The notes under the pieces were generated by a model, which worked only from the letters and a program-made list of their open reading frames with translations, searched no databases and was not told the DNA's origin. Shown piece by piece: positions 49,891 to 62,249 of a DNA stretch of 64,000 bases (positions within the stretch are counted from its first letter, which is position 1; each line of letters starts with the position of its first letter). The position numbers and the translations under genes were made by a program. Origin of the DNA: Ascidiella aspersa (lineage: Eukaryota); contig OZ004607.1 of assembly GCA_963924565.1 (NCBI GenBank), positions 6,944,001 to 7,008,000 on the forward strand, written 5' to 3'.

Positions 49891-51372
49891 ATTTCAAACC
49901 TGTACAATATGCTACCTAGTTCTGTGTGGAATTTTTTATTTACTCTAAATTAAGTCACTATATTTTTACAGTCTATAATTTATTCAGAATAAGTAATAAC
50001 TCAACAACTCTTTTGACGAAAAAGTAAAAATTTATAAATATTTTATTCATATAAAACAAAACGTTTACTATGTAATACACACTTGGAAGTATAAATATAA
50101 TAAATCAGTGCAAAGAGAGATAATTTAATAAAATTATAAAAAACATTTGTAATATATTGGTTGATAAATTGTGTTCTAACAGACGCTGTTGACCAGGTAC
50201 TACACAAAAGAGTACAATACTGAAATGGCCTCTGGAATCTGGTGTCAATCAAGAACTTTATTCATTTCTTAAATTGACTGATTCCTGCCATGTTTAACCA
50301 AATAAATTTTAAATAAACATTATTTTGTTTTGCCTGCCTGAGTTTGCATATTACCAAAGAAGTAGGAAAATAATGACACTTTTAACAAGAATTGATTACT
50401 TAAGACAGGGTGGTCCAAAACCCAGGCCCAACATCATTGTTTGTGGCCTGCGATGCACTGTTAAATTATCGTAATGCGTACAGGGTTTATTTTAAAGAAA
50501 TATAAGTGACCAACAATCAGTAAGCATACTGCAATGGTTTGGTTAGGGTTACATTTTTGCGATTACACTATTAAATAAACCAGTTCACTATAACTTGGCA
50601 AAAAAAGCCTAATTTTTTGTATGTGTCAGACAGGTTTGAAAGTCGCAGTGCGTCCTATATGGAACTTTCTAAAATGGCTGTTTTGCAATGCAAGTTATAT
50701 TTGTGTTCACTTATAAATGCAGTCTTTTTTGAAATTAAGTGTTGTCAAATATGCAATTTTGCGTGTTTGGAGCGCACCATTCTGCCAGTCTGATTAGTAT
50801 CGCTCGATTTTATTTGTGCACAATTTGGTGATAGCAGAAAGTTTGTGCAGTTTATATATCTTTCGACAGTTACTTTTTGACAATGCTTTGTGCCGTCATC
50901 TGTAAACCCCTTCATGCTCCGACCTAACGAAAATCGTTTATCCGCTCCTGGCCTGCATGTAGCCTGCTTTGTGGCCCGTAAAGAATATGTAAGAAATATT
51001 GTGCAACCTTGGACCACCCCAAAATCAAAAGCCCAAAACAATTGCCAGTAGGAATTTGTGTAAAGCAGTGTCATATGTTATCCACAAGAGAATAAAGTTT
51101 CACATTAATTAATAGGCTTCTTGCAGCACAACAAATGGTAAAAGGGTAGAAAATTTGAAGGAATTTATTGTGTTTTACTCTTTAATCTGCTCAGTCTGTG
51201 ACCAGAACTTTTTAAGTGGAGGTTCCCGATCAGTTTTCCAACCTGTATAATAGAAAAATAGTGTAACATACTAAAATAGAAAAAGATTTTAAATAAATAA
51301 ATACTTAAAATATGCCAGTAAGTCACAAACAAAACATTGGTAAAAGTACTCGGAAGTTTTGTATAACTAGAC

Positions 51373-51613
51373 CAGGGCTTTCCAAACTGGGGGTTGCTCA
51401 TGGAGTTAAATTTTATACAAAGTGCTAAATTTATAAAATTGTTATTTTTTTTGTTCGGTATGTTAATGGCAAATTATGTAATGCACATTACTTCAATAAA
51501 TACATGCCAAAGCAGACATCGAGAAATGTTATGTTTTAAAATGTTAAACCTAGTGGGTCAAAAATTTTAATACAATAAAAGCAGTCACAGACTGAAAAGT
51601 TTGGGTAGCCCTA
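51373..51613. mobile_element. hAT-type MITE inside the P-like element
   Basis: CAGGGCTTTCCAAACT / AGTTTGGGTAGCCCTA; TSD AACTAGAC/AACTAGAT. Confidence 0.62.
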
Positions 51614-53399
51614 AACTAGATAGGCCTAAACTTTACCCATGGACAGATGGCAGTTTAAAGTTTTGTTTATAAGTAAAATAAATACTCTATAATGGTTTGC
51701 ATTACACTATGATCTCATTGTCACAATAATCTTACCAGAGATTTGTTGTATCTTTGAGGAATAGACTGACTATTTTTTTATTTTGCCAGTGTACTGTTGA
51801 TATGTCTTTAAGCAATGTCCAACATAATCCCAGAATGGCTAAATCACAGTTATAGACGAATATGTGTTCTTATTATAGTTTAACTAGTAAATACGAGCAA
51901 GTTCTATAAAAATAAACCAAGTGGAGAAGTTTAACATTAAAATAACATACTCCAATACTGAGCAATCAAATATATTCCAACTGCTGCAAGTTTGGCCTAA
52001 AATAATTTTATAGCAAAATTATTTTTCACATGACGTGTTTGTTACAATAAAGTTAAAAAAACATATATTTTTGTGGCTTTGAAAAGGTATCCTCAGTCCA
52101 TGTACTTAATTTAGAGTCAAACCGGTGACTACAACTTAGCATAAATAATAGTAATGTGCTATTGTTTTTTTTTACCCCGACATTGTTTTTTTTTGTACCT
52201 TTATCAGGGTAAAAAAAAACAATGGATTTTGTCAAATATTTTATTTATTTCAAACTAAAATCAAAAATCCCTTACATAGTTAGAAAGGTAGTCCCATCAG
52301 CACAATTAGAAAGAAAAACTAGACTTCTGTCACTAAAAATAAAAGTTTAGCACCAAAGTCAGCTAAAATTGTTTTTTTTACCCCACTTGACTATAATATA
52401 ATTTGCAAAATTATTAACTGAATTCAGTGACATTTGGTAACTACTGATTTCAAATGTAACTACCTTTTTTAAATGTAACTACAAATGCTAATTGCTTTCT
52501 TCACTCGCACAAACAGCACACCACCAATAATATTTGCTAGTTAAATATTACACACAGCAAACTGAGGTGCAAAAATTTTTTTGTTTGAACGATGTTTTCA
52601 AAGAATTTGGTATTAATTTTCAGTTTATGGTATCAATTTCAATGTGCCTTAATTTGTAACACTGGAACAAGTATATAGAAGACTATTTAGAGCAGCAGTA
52701 CAGCATAAATTTATTTTGCGCACTGAACACTGGCATACTAAAGAAAAATTACTGTATGGAAAGTATTCTTTAGGATAAGGATATGTTTGCGTAAAGAACA
52801 TTTCCTAAATGAACAACGGCTGTTACCATTTACCAAGCAGAGCAAATTTTTTTATTTAAATTAAATTGGTATACAACCAAATATTACTCCAACTTACTTT
52901 ATGTAAGAAAAGCTGGAATTACCACCAAGGGGCAGACAAAATTTGCACTTCAAAAAATTGTTCGCAAGCTGCATAGCACTACTGCGCCCCACCGCTAAAT
53001 TTGGGATCTTAAACAGTAGTATAGAAATAGATACATTTGTATTTATTCCAATAGTAATGTAAGGCAGTGGTTCGCAAACTTTTTTTGCGACGCCCTCAAA
53101 AAAGAATTTTGATTTGCGGCGCACTTATCAAATTTGGAATTCTACAATTTTTACTAAAATTTATACACTAAAGCCAATTCATTTATGGGTTTGGTTTACC
53201 AAAAGTTTCTTTTTCTGTAATAGGCTCTGTAGTGTACAGTGTACAACGCAAAATACCTATATCATTTACATTAAACATTAAGAAGCTAACAATTAACACC
53301 GCCATACAGTTAAGTTTAATGAGTTCGGCACCTTGAGGTTAACAACAAACTAAGTGATATTAATTTAATTTATACGCCAACTCCTCACACAAATCTTAA

Positions 53400-53583
53400 C
53401 GTAGAAAGTAACGCAAAAAAACGGTCAACAAATACCGCATACGGCAACAGGTTACGGTGCGGGTTTGAGTTTGGGTTGGTAGAGCATTATTATTATTAAT
53501 AAAATAATGATGTGCGTTGCGTTATGCGGCATTTGTAGACCGTTTTTTGCGTTACTTTCTACGTACCAAATGGAAAGAGCCCC
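53400..53583. repeat. Foldback (palindromic) repeat of the same family as 29164-29449
   Basis: TAGAAAGTAACGCAAAAAAACGGTC ... GACCGTTTTTTGCGTTACTTTCTA arms. Confidence 0.65.
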
Positions 53584-53948
53584 GAAATCAACGACATAGC
53601 TCAATCGCCTACATTTTAAGAGTAACACGCCTTCCAAAAAAGTACAGTAGGCTCCTAAGAAAGTGTCACGCAACTTGTGATAACCTTGCCTGTCCTACCA
53701 AGTCAATTTTGTAAACAGAAAACGGTTTAAATTAGGACTAGGGGTCATTAAACAACAAATTACGCCAAAAGCGTACATTTTTATAACAGGCTTAAATGGG
53801 AAAGATGATGTTTTTCTTATTGTGAATCAGACCGTAACGGCTGTCGAAAGTAGAATGCATTGCTTAAAGGCAAAAGAAAAAAGGCAAAAGTGAGAGTTTG
53901 TCCTCATGGTTATAATCTCTTTGGTCGCCGGCATGTATTTCCTTAGAG

Positions 53949-54586
53949 CAGGGGTTCTTAAACTTTTTTTTACCGCGGACCCCTGAAATATATTTTTTGC
54001 TTTGCATGGACTCCGGTAGGCAAAAAATGCTCAAAAATGAAGCCATAAATTGACGTCATAATACAAATAGACTTCATAAATTTGTTTATTTCGGTCGCAA
54101 AAATGTGAAAGTTAAATGGAGTCTAACTATACATTCAGAGCAAACCCGTTTCATTTTAATTAAAAACACTGTTTTCTTTTTAATTAAATTAATTAATTCT
54201 GTGTACACTAGTCTTTTACATAGGCCTTCATGGACTCCCTAAAACTAGTTCACGGAACCATAAGGAGTCCATGGACCCCAGTTTAAGAGCCCCTGCTTCA
54301 GAGCAGGGGTGTTGACAGCGGGCCGTATGCGTAACAGAAAATATTTCGGCGGTCCGTGAAAAAAGAGGATCTAAAGTAGCCCACACATTATACAACGTAC
54401 GATTCCTGTCAAAACCTTTTTTTGTAAGCTGGTAAAAGTAGGAAGGTGAGGATGCCTTACAAAAGTAATGTTACTAATTATACCAAGAAAACATTTTAAA
54501 GCTCATTTTTGCTTAACTAAGTTTTCTCGAAAATGACCCGTGGGAAGGATGATATTACTTTGCGGGCCGGGATTTGCCCAGTTCTG
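53949..54586. mobile_element. Two adjacent hAT MITEs (53949-54295, 54304-54586) sharing one target site
   Basis: CCTTAGAG [MITE1] CTTCAGAG [MITE2] CCTTAGAG. Confidence 0.72.
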
Positions 54587-55063
54587 CCTTAGAGAGACAC
54601 ACAGAGCAACGTTCCCCACACTTCCCTCTCTTAAGCGAAAAGCCAGGCGATAGGGTAAAATAAAAAGAAAGTTATGTGCCCCCAGACAGAATAAATTAGT
54701 CTCTATCTATGAATGAGAGCGGAGCAAGTTGGATGAATTAGCGCGCATCCCAAGAGAGCGAAAATTTTCATCATGTCATTACAAAAACAACACACAAGCT
54801 GCACTTTTGATCATGTTACAATTTTAACATCACAACATTTTTAAAACCATCGGGCGGCTTCAGAACACTTTTATACCACTTCGGTTGAAAAAGCTTTAGT
54901 TTACCCTTTCAGACACAATCAGCGGTCAACAGTCAAGAGACGACCATGGCCTTTGCTTTTTTACAATGTAGGTTGTACGTTCTCCGATCACAAAGAAATG
55001 AAAAACATACATCACATGTCATATAATTTAGATTTACCGAAAGTGTAGCACTACCGGTATAGG

Positions 55064-55295
55064 CAGTGTTTTTTTAAGGTGTTTTGGGGGACCGAAACGG
55101 CCTAATTTTTGTGTACGATAAAAGTTCCAAAAATTGAAAAAAATTTTCAACCTTGTTGCTCAGGTATTGTGCTGTTTCTATTTCGTTTATTGTAACGCTA
55201 CAGTTAACCACTTAACAAACATACGAGCAAGGGTGCCGCAATCTATTTATAATTTCTGTTGGGTGCCGCAAGCCAAAAAAGGTTGAGAACCACTG
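55064..55295. mobile_element. hAT-type MITE
   Basis: CAGTGTTTTTTTAA ... GGGTGCCGCAAGCCAAAAAAGGTTGAGAACCACTG. Confidence 0.55.
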
Positions 55296-55577
55296 ACTTA
55301 GACAATAAGACAGATAATTATTAAAAAGAACTTTCAAAAAATTTAGAAACACCTTTTCAAGCCAACAGAAAGCTAACCATACATATCAGTTCTTATTTTC
55401 CTTGTTATGGTAAACACCATTAAAGCAATGGTTCACCTTTGGTTTTCTAATGTTTCAAAAAAAATGGTACAAAACTTTGGGGGCAATGTTTGTTTTGTAA
55501 TGAGATATTCTATGTGTGGCTTGTTGATCCATTGTTAGGCTTAATGAAGTCCAATAAACGCTTTTATTGACCCCTAA

Positions 55578-55584
55578 TATAAAA
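55578..55584 (+). promoter_or_regulatory. TATA box of GPCR copy 1
   Basis: TATAAAA about 90 nt upstream of the ATG; the same CTAATATAAAAA context is conserved upstream of copy 2. Confidence 0.55.
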
Positions 55585-55665
55585 AGGAGTTTAGAAAAGA
55601 ATACACCAATACTGTTGGGCGACAATTTGCAAGCCGTGGTACCACTCTACAAAGCACATCAGTCA

Positions 55666-58600
55666 ATGATGAGTGACTCCTGGTTAGTGAGTTGTTTTAT
55701 GTTAAAAGGGAGTTATTAAGTTATAACATTAAACCTACCTAAAGTTAGTCCAAGTTTTTGTTTCGTTAAAAACTCATGCACCCGTATATTACGCCGCTTT
55801 GTAACCTTTTTAGGTATCCAGATGAATCTTACCTTAAAACGGTGGAAGGTGTCCTGATTTCTTTGGGCGTTTTTGGTGGATTGGCCAACATCTTAACTTT
55901 AACTGTCTTGTGTATAAACTCCAAGCTACGGTACGATGCAGTTGTTTTTGTATAATCTGGCTCCATATTCTACTGAACGTTGGTTCATGCTATATGGATG
56001 CTCATATTGTTAAATAAATGTAATTTCGGTGGTTTCCTTAATTTTTTTAATTTTTTTAAAATACATTAATTGTGTCACTTATATTTGACTAAAAAAATGT
56101 ATGTCTTAGAACACCTTTCAATCTCCTCATCTTAAGTTTGTGTGTATCGGATATCTTATCGTCTGCCGGGAGTATTGCATATGGAACTTTCTTTCGACAA
56201 GGAAGCGAGTACTTTAACGTAAGTTGGTTGCATACTGCAAAACTGTTTAAATAAAAAATGTTTAAATTATTAATGTGCCTTATACAGCCAATTAGGTTAC
56301 CCTATGTTAGGCTATTTTATTTTTTTAATTTTCTATGAAAGGGACTCTAAAACTTTTTAAACAGGTAGAACCCCTTTCGTTTTTTGAAGGTACAAAAGAT
56401 CCCGTCTACACTTTGTTTTTAAATTATGGCACAATTGTAAGTCTACCTTCGAAATTATAACTTTTACAATTACTTTCAGTACACAGGCCGTCATTTGATT
56501 TATTGTATGTAGAACTTAATTAAAGGATGCTCCTGCCAATAGAACGCGCCCCCAGTTAAAGAACCCCTACCCTTTAGCTACGCCTTTATGCGTTTGCGGA
56601 GAAAAGCCCATATAGGTTTGCCAGCAAATAACAAGTCATATTTTTTCGCAGTATGTCATACAACTATCACACGCTACTTGCTTTGTGACGTCACTGCACA
56701 TATGCTCGTTTTCAGCCATACGATGTCTGGTCTACGTGTTTCCTTCCTGGTCGTTTAACAAGAAAATGGCAAAGGTGACTGGACGCACAGTGGCGCGTAG
56801 ATATTGCCCCTATAAATGTTAAATCTTTTCAGGGCGGATTTGAAGGACGAACTTTAGTCTATTGTTTACTATGTTTTTGTTCGTTTTATGCAATTAAATC
56901 TGCCTATGGGCTATATCCATACTATGGCAATGGCATGTTGCGCCGTGTAGCTCATAAACTCTACAAAGAACAGTTTCTGTTAAATTCAACTATTATGGCT
57001 GTTATTTCAAGGAATAAGCGAATTTATTTTATGTGACTGAGGCACAAAGTTTGCTGGTAATCAAAATTGTTGCCAATTTTAACAAATTAAAGGCATTTTT
57101 TTGCACTTCGCTCGACAAGACTGGATTTCAGCTGTATTTACACACGGATTAGCTTTACAACTATACACGTTTTTTTTCAAGTATTTTAGTGTTTTGACGT
57201 CACGTTATGACGTAACTTTATGCAAACAAAACCCGCAAACAAAAATCCGCCACTGAATCCTACCTCACCTTCAAAGCCTAGTTTGGCAGTTTTAATTTTC
57301 AGATTTTGGTGAGCTTAATTTGGTGTCTCGTGGTGGTTTTGCTGGTTGTATTCTTCGCACTTTGGTTTACGCTTGGTTCCCGCATTCAGTAAGTTATCTC
57401 CTAAACAAAATTAGTTTTATGATAACTCTATTTGGGAAAATATGATCACAAGTATTTTGAAACCCATTTTGCAACAAACTAATATTTTTTCTGGTAAACT
57501 TGGATTGATTGGTTAGTGGAAAAAACTATTGTTACTTAAAAATATAGCATATCGTATAAATATGAATAACTGCTGTTTATCAATTTACGTTATTTAATCG
57601 TTCGAGTTTATTGCGTTACCAACAATTCAATTCCTTAATACAGGTCTCATTATTTTATATGCAAACTTTAATTTGTTCGAAGTTATAAATATTAGTATAA
57701 TTTACAGGACTAAACTTGTTTTAAAAGTCGATAAAAACCGTTTTTCTAGTTAACTGTTATCAATAATTTAAATTTTAAATAAGCACACTTTACCAAGTAT
57801 GTTCGTAACTATTAGTGGGGCTATTATTTCGATCAAGTAAACGTCGATCAAGTAAACATTTATACTTAATGTAATTGATCCAACTCCGTTCACGAGTACT
57901 GGTTATATTATAGAAATCCATTCATTCTTGGACTACAGATCGTTCAAATAACGTTGCTGGTGCTGGTGACAATGTTTACACTCATACTAGTAGTTGCAAT
58001 TTTAAAGCAATTGAGAAGGAGATATTCAACTGGAGCTGGAAATGGTAAGTTTAATGCGTGGAAAGCGCAATTTTAATTTCTAATTCAAACAAGAATAATG
58101 ATCTATCATATTATATATTAAACGGTCTATCAAGTATTACACAATATTTTCAAGGTGGTTAGACTGAAATATTGGAGACACGAAAATAACATTTTTGGAT
58201 ATTTCGGCACATGTTTAGCGTCTTTCTGCTGTGAATAAGGCCATTCGTTGTTTGCAGACAGCCACAGCGAAATGGAGAAGTTTATCATTATTCAGTTGCT
58301 TTTGATAGTCGGGTCTTACTACATCGGATACATCCCTAGAGTTGGTGAGTTAAATATTTGCTTAATTTAAACTTAAAATGTTGCACAGGGCTAAACAGTA
58401 CGAATTTGATTCGTTACAAGCATCACAAAACAAAGTTTCGGTTACGAAAACCTTACGACTATTTTAGAGGTCATTAGACATTGCTGGTTAAGCAGCGTCC
58501 GAAACGTAAAATCTGCCTATGGGCTATATCCATACTTAAATCTGCCTATGGGCTATATCCATACTATGGCAATGGCGAAACGTTTTGTCAAACAAATTGT

Positions 58601-59363
58601 ATTTAAACTACAAAATACGAATTGCCGGTTGTAAACATTCTGATGCACATATGACCGATATAATCGTTTGTTTCAAAATAAGACAAAAAAAATTAAAAAG
58701 AAACGACTCATCCCAACTATCTATATAATGGTTTAACTTTGCTTGTTTCAGTATTTTATCAGTGTTATCGATTAATGGAATCATTTACCAAGCCGGCATG
58801 CGGTTATACACCGTTGGAAATTAACGACAAACTGCGCATAATTGCAATGATCCTTCTCAGGGTGAGCGAATGCCTGAATCCCCTGTTCTACAACATTGCC
58901 AGCAAGTAAGTAAAGTAAATAGTGTTGAAACTATTTAATTTTTTCGTGGCTATGTTCTAATATAAAGGCCTTTGGTGGTCTATCCACATCCAAAGTTGAC
59001 TGCGGGCATTTTCATTGATAAATCAGCGCAGTTCCTGTGTATAGCTACCGTCGATACAAATTGAACTAGATTTCTAACGTTTTCGTTAAGTTATGTTTTA
59101 ATACCATAAATATTGGTGCTTTCGGTCCACACCCAAAGTTGACTATTGGCATTTTTATTCAAACAATCTATGCAGCGCTTGAGAACAACCTATAACTAGC
59201 GTACTTTTTTGTCAGAAAATTGCGCCAAGCCACATTCAAGCTTTTACGACAGATGTTTTGTTTCTGTTGTGACGACGAGGAGCACAGTCGGACCTCTACA
59301 ACTGGCACAGGCAACACGGTTCCTAACATTAGACTGACAACTCTAAAAATAAACAGTTCATGA
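55666..59363 (+). CDS. Orphan rhodopsin-like (class A) 7TM GPCR, 323 aa
   Basis: Exons 55666-55682, 55814-55930, 56110-56218, 56652-56774, 57303-57388, 57914-58044, 58258-58344, 58752-58905, 59216-59363 (TGA); 972 nt. TM1 GLAN, TM2 SLCVSD, TM3 SAIRC (DRY position), TM4 W, TM6 YIGYIP, TM7 ECLNPLFY, helix 8 followed by CFCC. Confidence 0.88.
56830..57255. mobile_element. MITE with GGCGGATTT/AAATCCGCC termini in GPCR intron 4
   Basis: CAGGGCGGATTT ... AAATCCGCCACTG. Confidence 0.5.
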
Positions 59364-61830
59364 CGAATCTCGTTTAACCTTCATATTTTGTATTTGTAGG
59401 CGACAGTTACTCATACAGAAACAATTTAGCGTTATGAATGTGTATAGGTAGTTAGTGAAAAAAGTTATTTCGCAATCACCATCATTTTCGCATGTCAAAT
59501 TTTATTTATAAAATGCTAAGAAAATGCTTTTTTATCAGACAAACCGCAGTCGAGTCTAGCTAAGTTATGATTTCTGTGTGGGACTGTTTGTTTGTAAACT
59601 CTTTTTTTATTATGAACTTTTGTGATTGTCACACAATTATTTCGAGGAAGCATAATATCGTTCTGGTTCAATTGTTCAACAAGAGAAATGCGTTTTTTAT
59701 TTTGTCAAATTCCATTTTTAGATGGTATCTTCACCAATTTTCAAAAACAGTAAAGCAATAAAACAACGGCCATTCCTTATAGCACCGACAGCAGAAAGAA
59801 AATAATCTTTATAACTTACGCGATTGTTCTAGAACTGGGAAAAGAGTCCCTGTCCCGCATAGGCCCTCTCACCCTGGTAGATGGAGTCTTGCGCAAACGA
59901 CAATGACATCAAATTGAAGCAAATCTTTATAACAAAATTATTGACTTCGATTAAGGTTTGAAGAAATGGACTCTTTTGCAATTGGTTATGTATGGTAAGC
60001 TCTGGATAAAACCGTGACCAAACAAGTCCAAGTCACGTCTTGGACCAAACAAGTCCAAGTCACAACAGAATTACCAGCTGTGTATATACTAGAAACCCGC
60101 ACTCATTTAAATATGAACTTGTCAGTCTAGGTATAGAAAAAGTTACCCAAATCTGGCCAAACTATGCAAGGTTTGCTTAATGCACAATGGACATGATGCA
60201 GTAGCAAAGTGAACCAACGCGACATTGGGCTATTTTTCTAATTCAGCTTCGTGAATCGTGCTGCACATATCCGTGACTGCTTAAAGCGCTCTGATTTTGA
60301 AACAGCACAGCAAAAGTCGTTTCCTGTAAATCGTTATCATGGCGTAATCATCTATTTTACGTTATGATATTCATCGCCGACGAAATTACACGACTCTTCG
60401 ACCACATTTCAAGACAGATATTGTAGGTACAACTAGAGCAGACCTGGGCAACATTCGGCCCGCGGGCCGGATCCGCCAAGCAGTTTAATCAGGCCCGCGA
60501 CTTATTTTCCTTAAAATACATACGTTAAGCGAAAACAAAGACGAGTTTCTACATGTTTGGTTGTGTCGTAAAAACTCTATCCAGGGACGCAGATCTAGTC
60601 ATGGCCACGCCAAATTCGATTTTTAGCATGTATTAATTACCAAAACGAAAATTGTTTTCGCGCTTCGCGCGAATTTTGACTGTCTTTCTCGTATGTTTCA
60701 CGCGATTTTTTGGCAACTTTGCAGACAAATAGCGTCCTCTGCATTGTGGCACTCTCTCCAACGAAAGTTGAACAAACTTAGCCTAATACTTATATATTTT
60801 TAGCGCATCGAAAGTATTCCGTCTTTAAAATATAAGCGAAATACCGACTGTATTCTAAACTCTGAAATATACCGATTTACATTTTGTTAACCTAATTTAG
60901 TTAATACCATTGTGTGTTTCTCCCGACTTATCCGCAAGTAACACATCGGCAATTCAAAGCTTTATAAAGCCAAAAAAACATTGTAAGTGTTTTGAATGAA
61001 TTTTTTTGTATTTTAATCTGAACTTTTGGGTCATCGCACCCCACAACTTGATAAACTCCAATATATCAACCAATGTACTACTTTTGTCTGTTCTTAATGC
61101 TTCACGTTCCCTTCTTAATACTAAAAGTGGCTTTAAGCATGGAATAGTGCGAAATACGTAGGCCAGATGCACAGACAACAATTCCTTGGTAGTATTCAAA
61201 GACACCCTTGGATGTTAAGGAAAAGACCCGACAACAGTAGGCTTTTAAAATAGTGGTAAACTTTCCGCTTACTTCTAAAAAAGGAAACTATCCCCTAAAT
61301 CAGGACATACTAGCAAAAGACGACAAAAACCGGTATCTATTTGTTTAATGAATATATTTGAAAGGTTGTTCCAATTTTTTGCCGTAAGATGCATGTAATT
61401 CACAGCATATTGTACTACCTGTTAAGTGTTTGCAGAGGGTTTAATTTAATCTCCTTTTAAGGTAGATAAACAAGGCCTATGTCCAGACGCTCTTCGTGAA
61501 AAGTTCACTTAAGAGCTTCCTGGCTACTAACGACATGTCGAACGACAATGCCCAAAACCTATTTTATGTCAGCATGAAACAAGGTCTGAAAAACAAATCT
61601 GATGAACATTTGCTATAACATGCGAACTTCCAACTGGCAAAATTTATTGTGAAACATTTTTAAAGTAGACTGAAGTAGTTTATTTGTTAAGAAGATTTTA
61701 AAAAGCGTACAGCTTATCGCCCCAAACGTTGTGCAAATACCCACAATATTAAGTATGGTGTACCTATACTTTAAGAAAATATTAAAAAATGCGAATTACA
61801 CAAAACTTTCGGGGGTTAGTTTCTTTCTAA

Positions 61831-62052
61831 CAGGGTTTCGGAGTCAGTTAAAAATAACCCAAGTCCGAGTCCCGAGTCCGACTCTCGCCAAATGTGCGAT
61901 TTCGTCTGACTCTACAGCCTGTATTTAGCCTTTGCGTAAACTAAAATAAGGTGGATGTTAAGCAATCCACTCATAAGGGTGTAAGACATCGAGTCCACAG
62001 TCCGAGTCCAGCAAAACAAACTGACTCCATCGAGTCCGACTCCGCAGTCCTG
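61831..62052. mobile_element. GGAGTCGG-family MITE upstream of GPCR copy 2
   Basis: CAGGGTTTCGGAGTC / GACTCCGCAGTCCTG; TSD CTTTCTAA/CTTTTCAA. Confidence 0.7.
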
Positions 62053-62155
62053 CTTTTCAATATAACATCGTAACATCGTAAGGTTATTTATATAATACTT
62101 TATAGGTTTAATCGGGCACAGACTAAGAAACAATTTTACAGACTTATATGGCTAA

Positions 62156-62162
62156 TATAAAA
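62156..62162 (+). promoter_or_regulatory. TATA box of GPCR copy 2
   Basis: TATAAAA at the homologous position upstream of the ATG at 62250. Confidence 0.5.
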
Positions 62163-62249
62163 ATTGGTTTAAAGCGAAAAAACACAAATCTTATTAAAGA
62201 GAGTGGCCAAAGCATAAATCAGCTGACACAGGAATACAAAACGCAGCTA

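Larger units (their letters stand above)
48558..53923. mobile_element. Non-autonomous DNA transposon, P-element-superfamily-like, 5366 bp
   Basis: Perfect 29-bp TIR CAAAGAGATTATAACCATGAGGACAAACT (48558-48586 / 53895-53923). Perfect 8-bp TSD GTCGCCGG (48550-48557 / 53924-53931). 16-bp subterminal inverted repeat TTCTACTTTCGACAGC (48603-48618 / 53840-53855). The superfamily is inferred from the CAAAG end and the 8-bp TSD. Confidence 0.85.

Noticed and set aside
58752-58905. GPCR as an opsin
   Set aside because: Position 7.43 is Arg, not Lys, and other opsin hallmarks (C3.25 disulfide, ERY, long ECL2) are absent.
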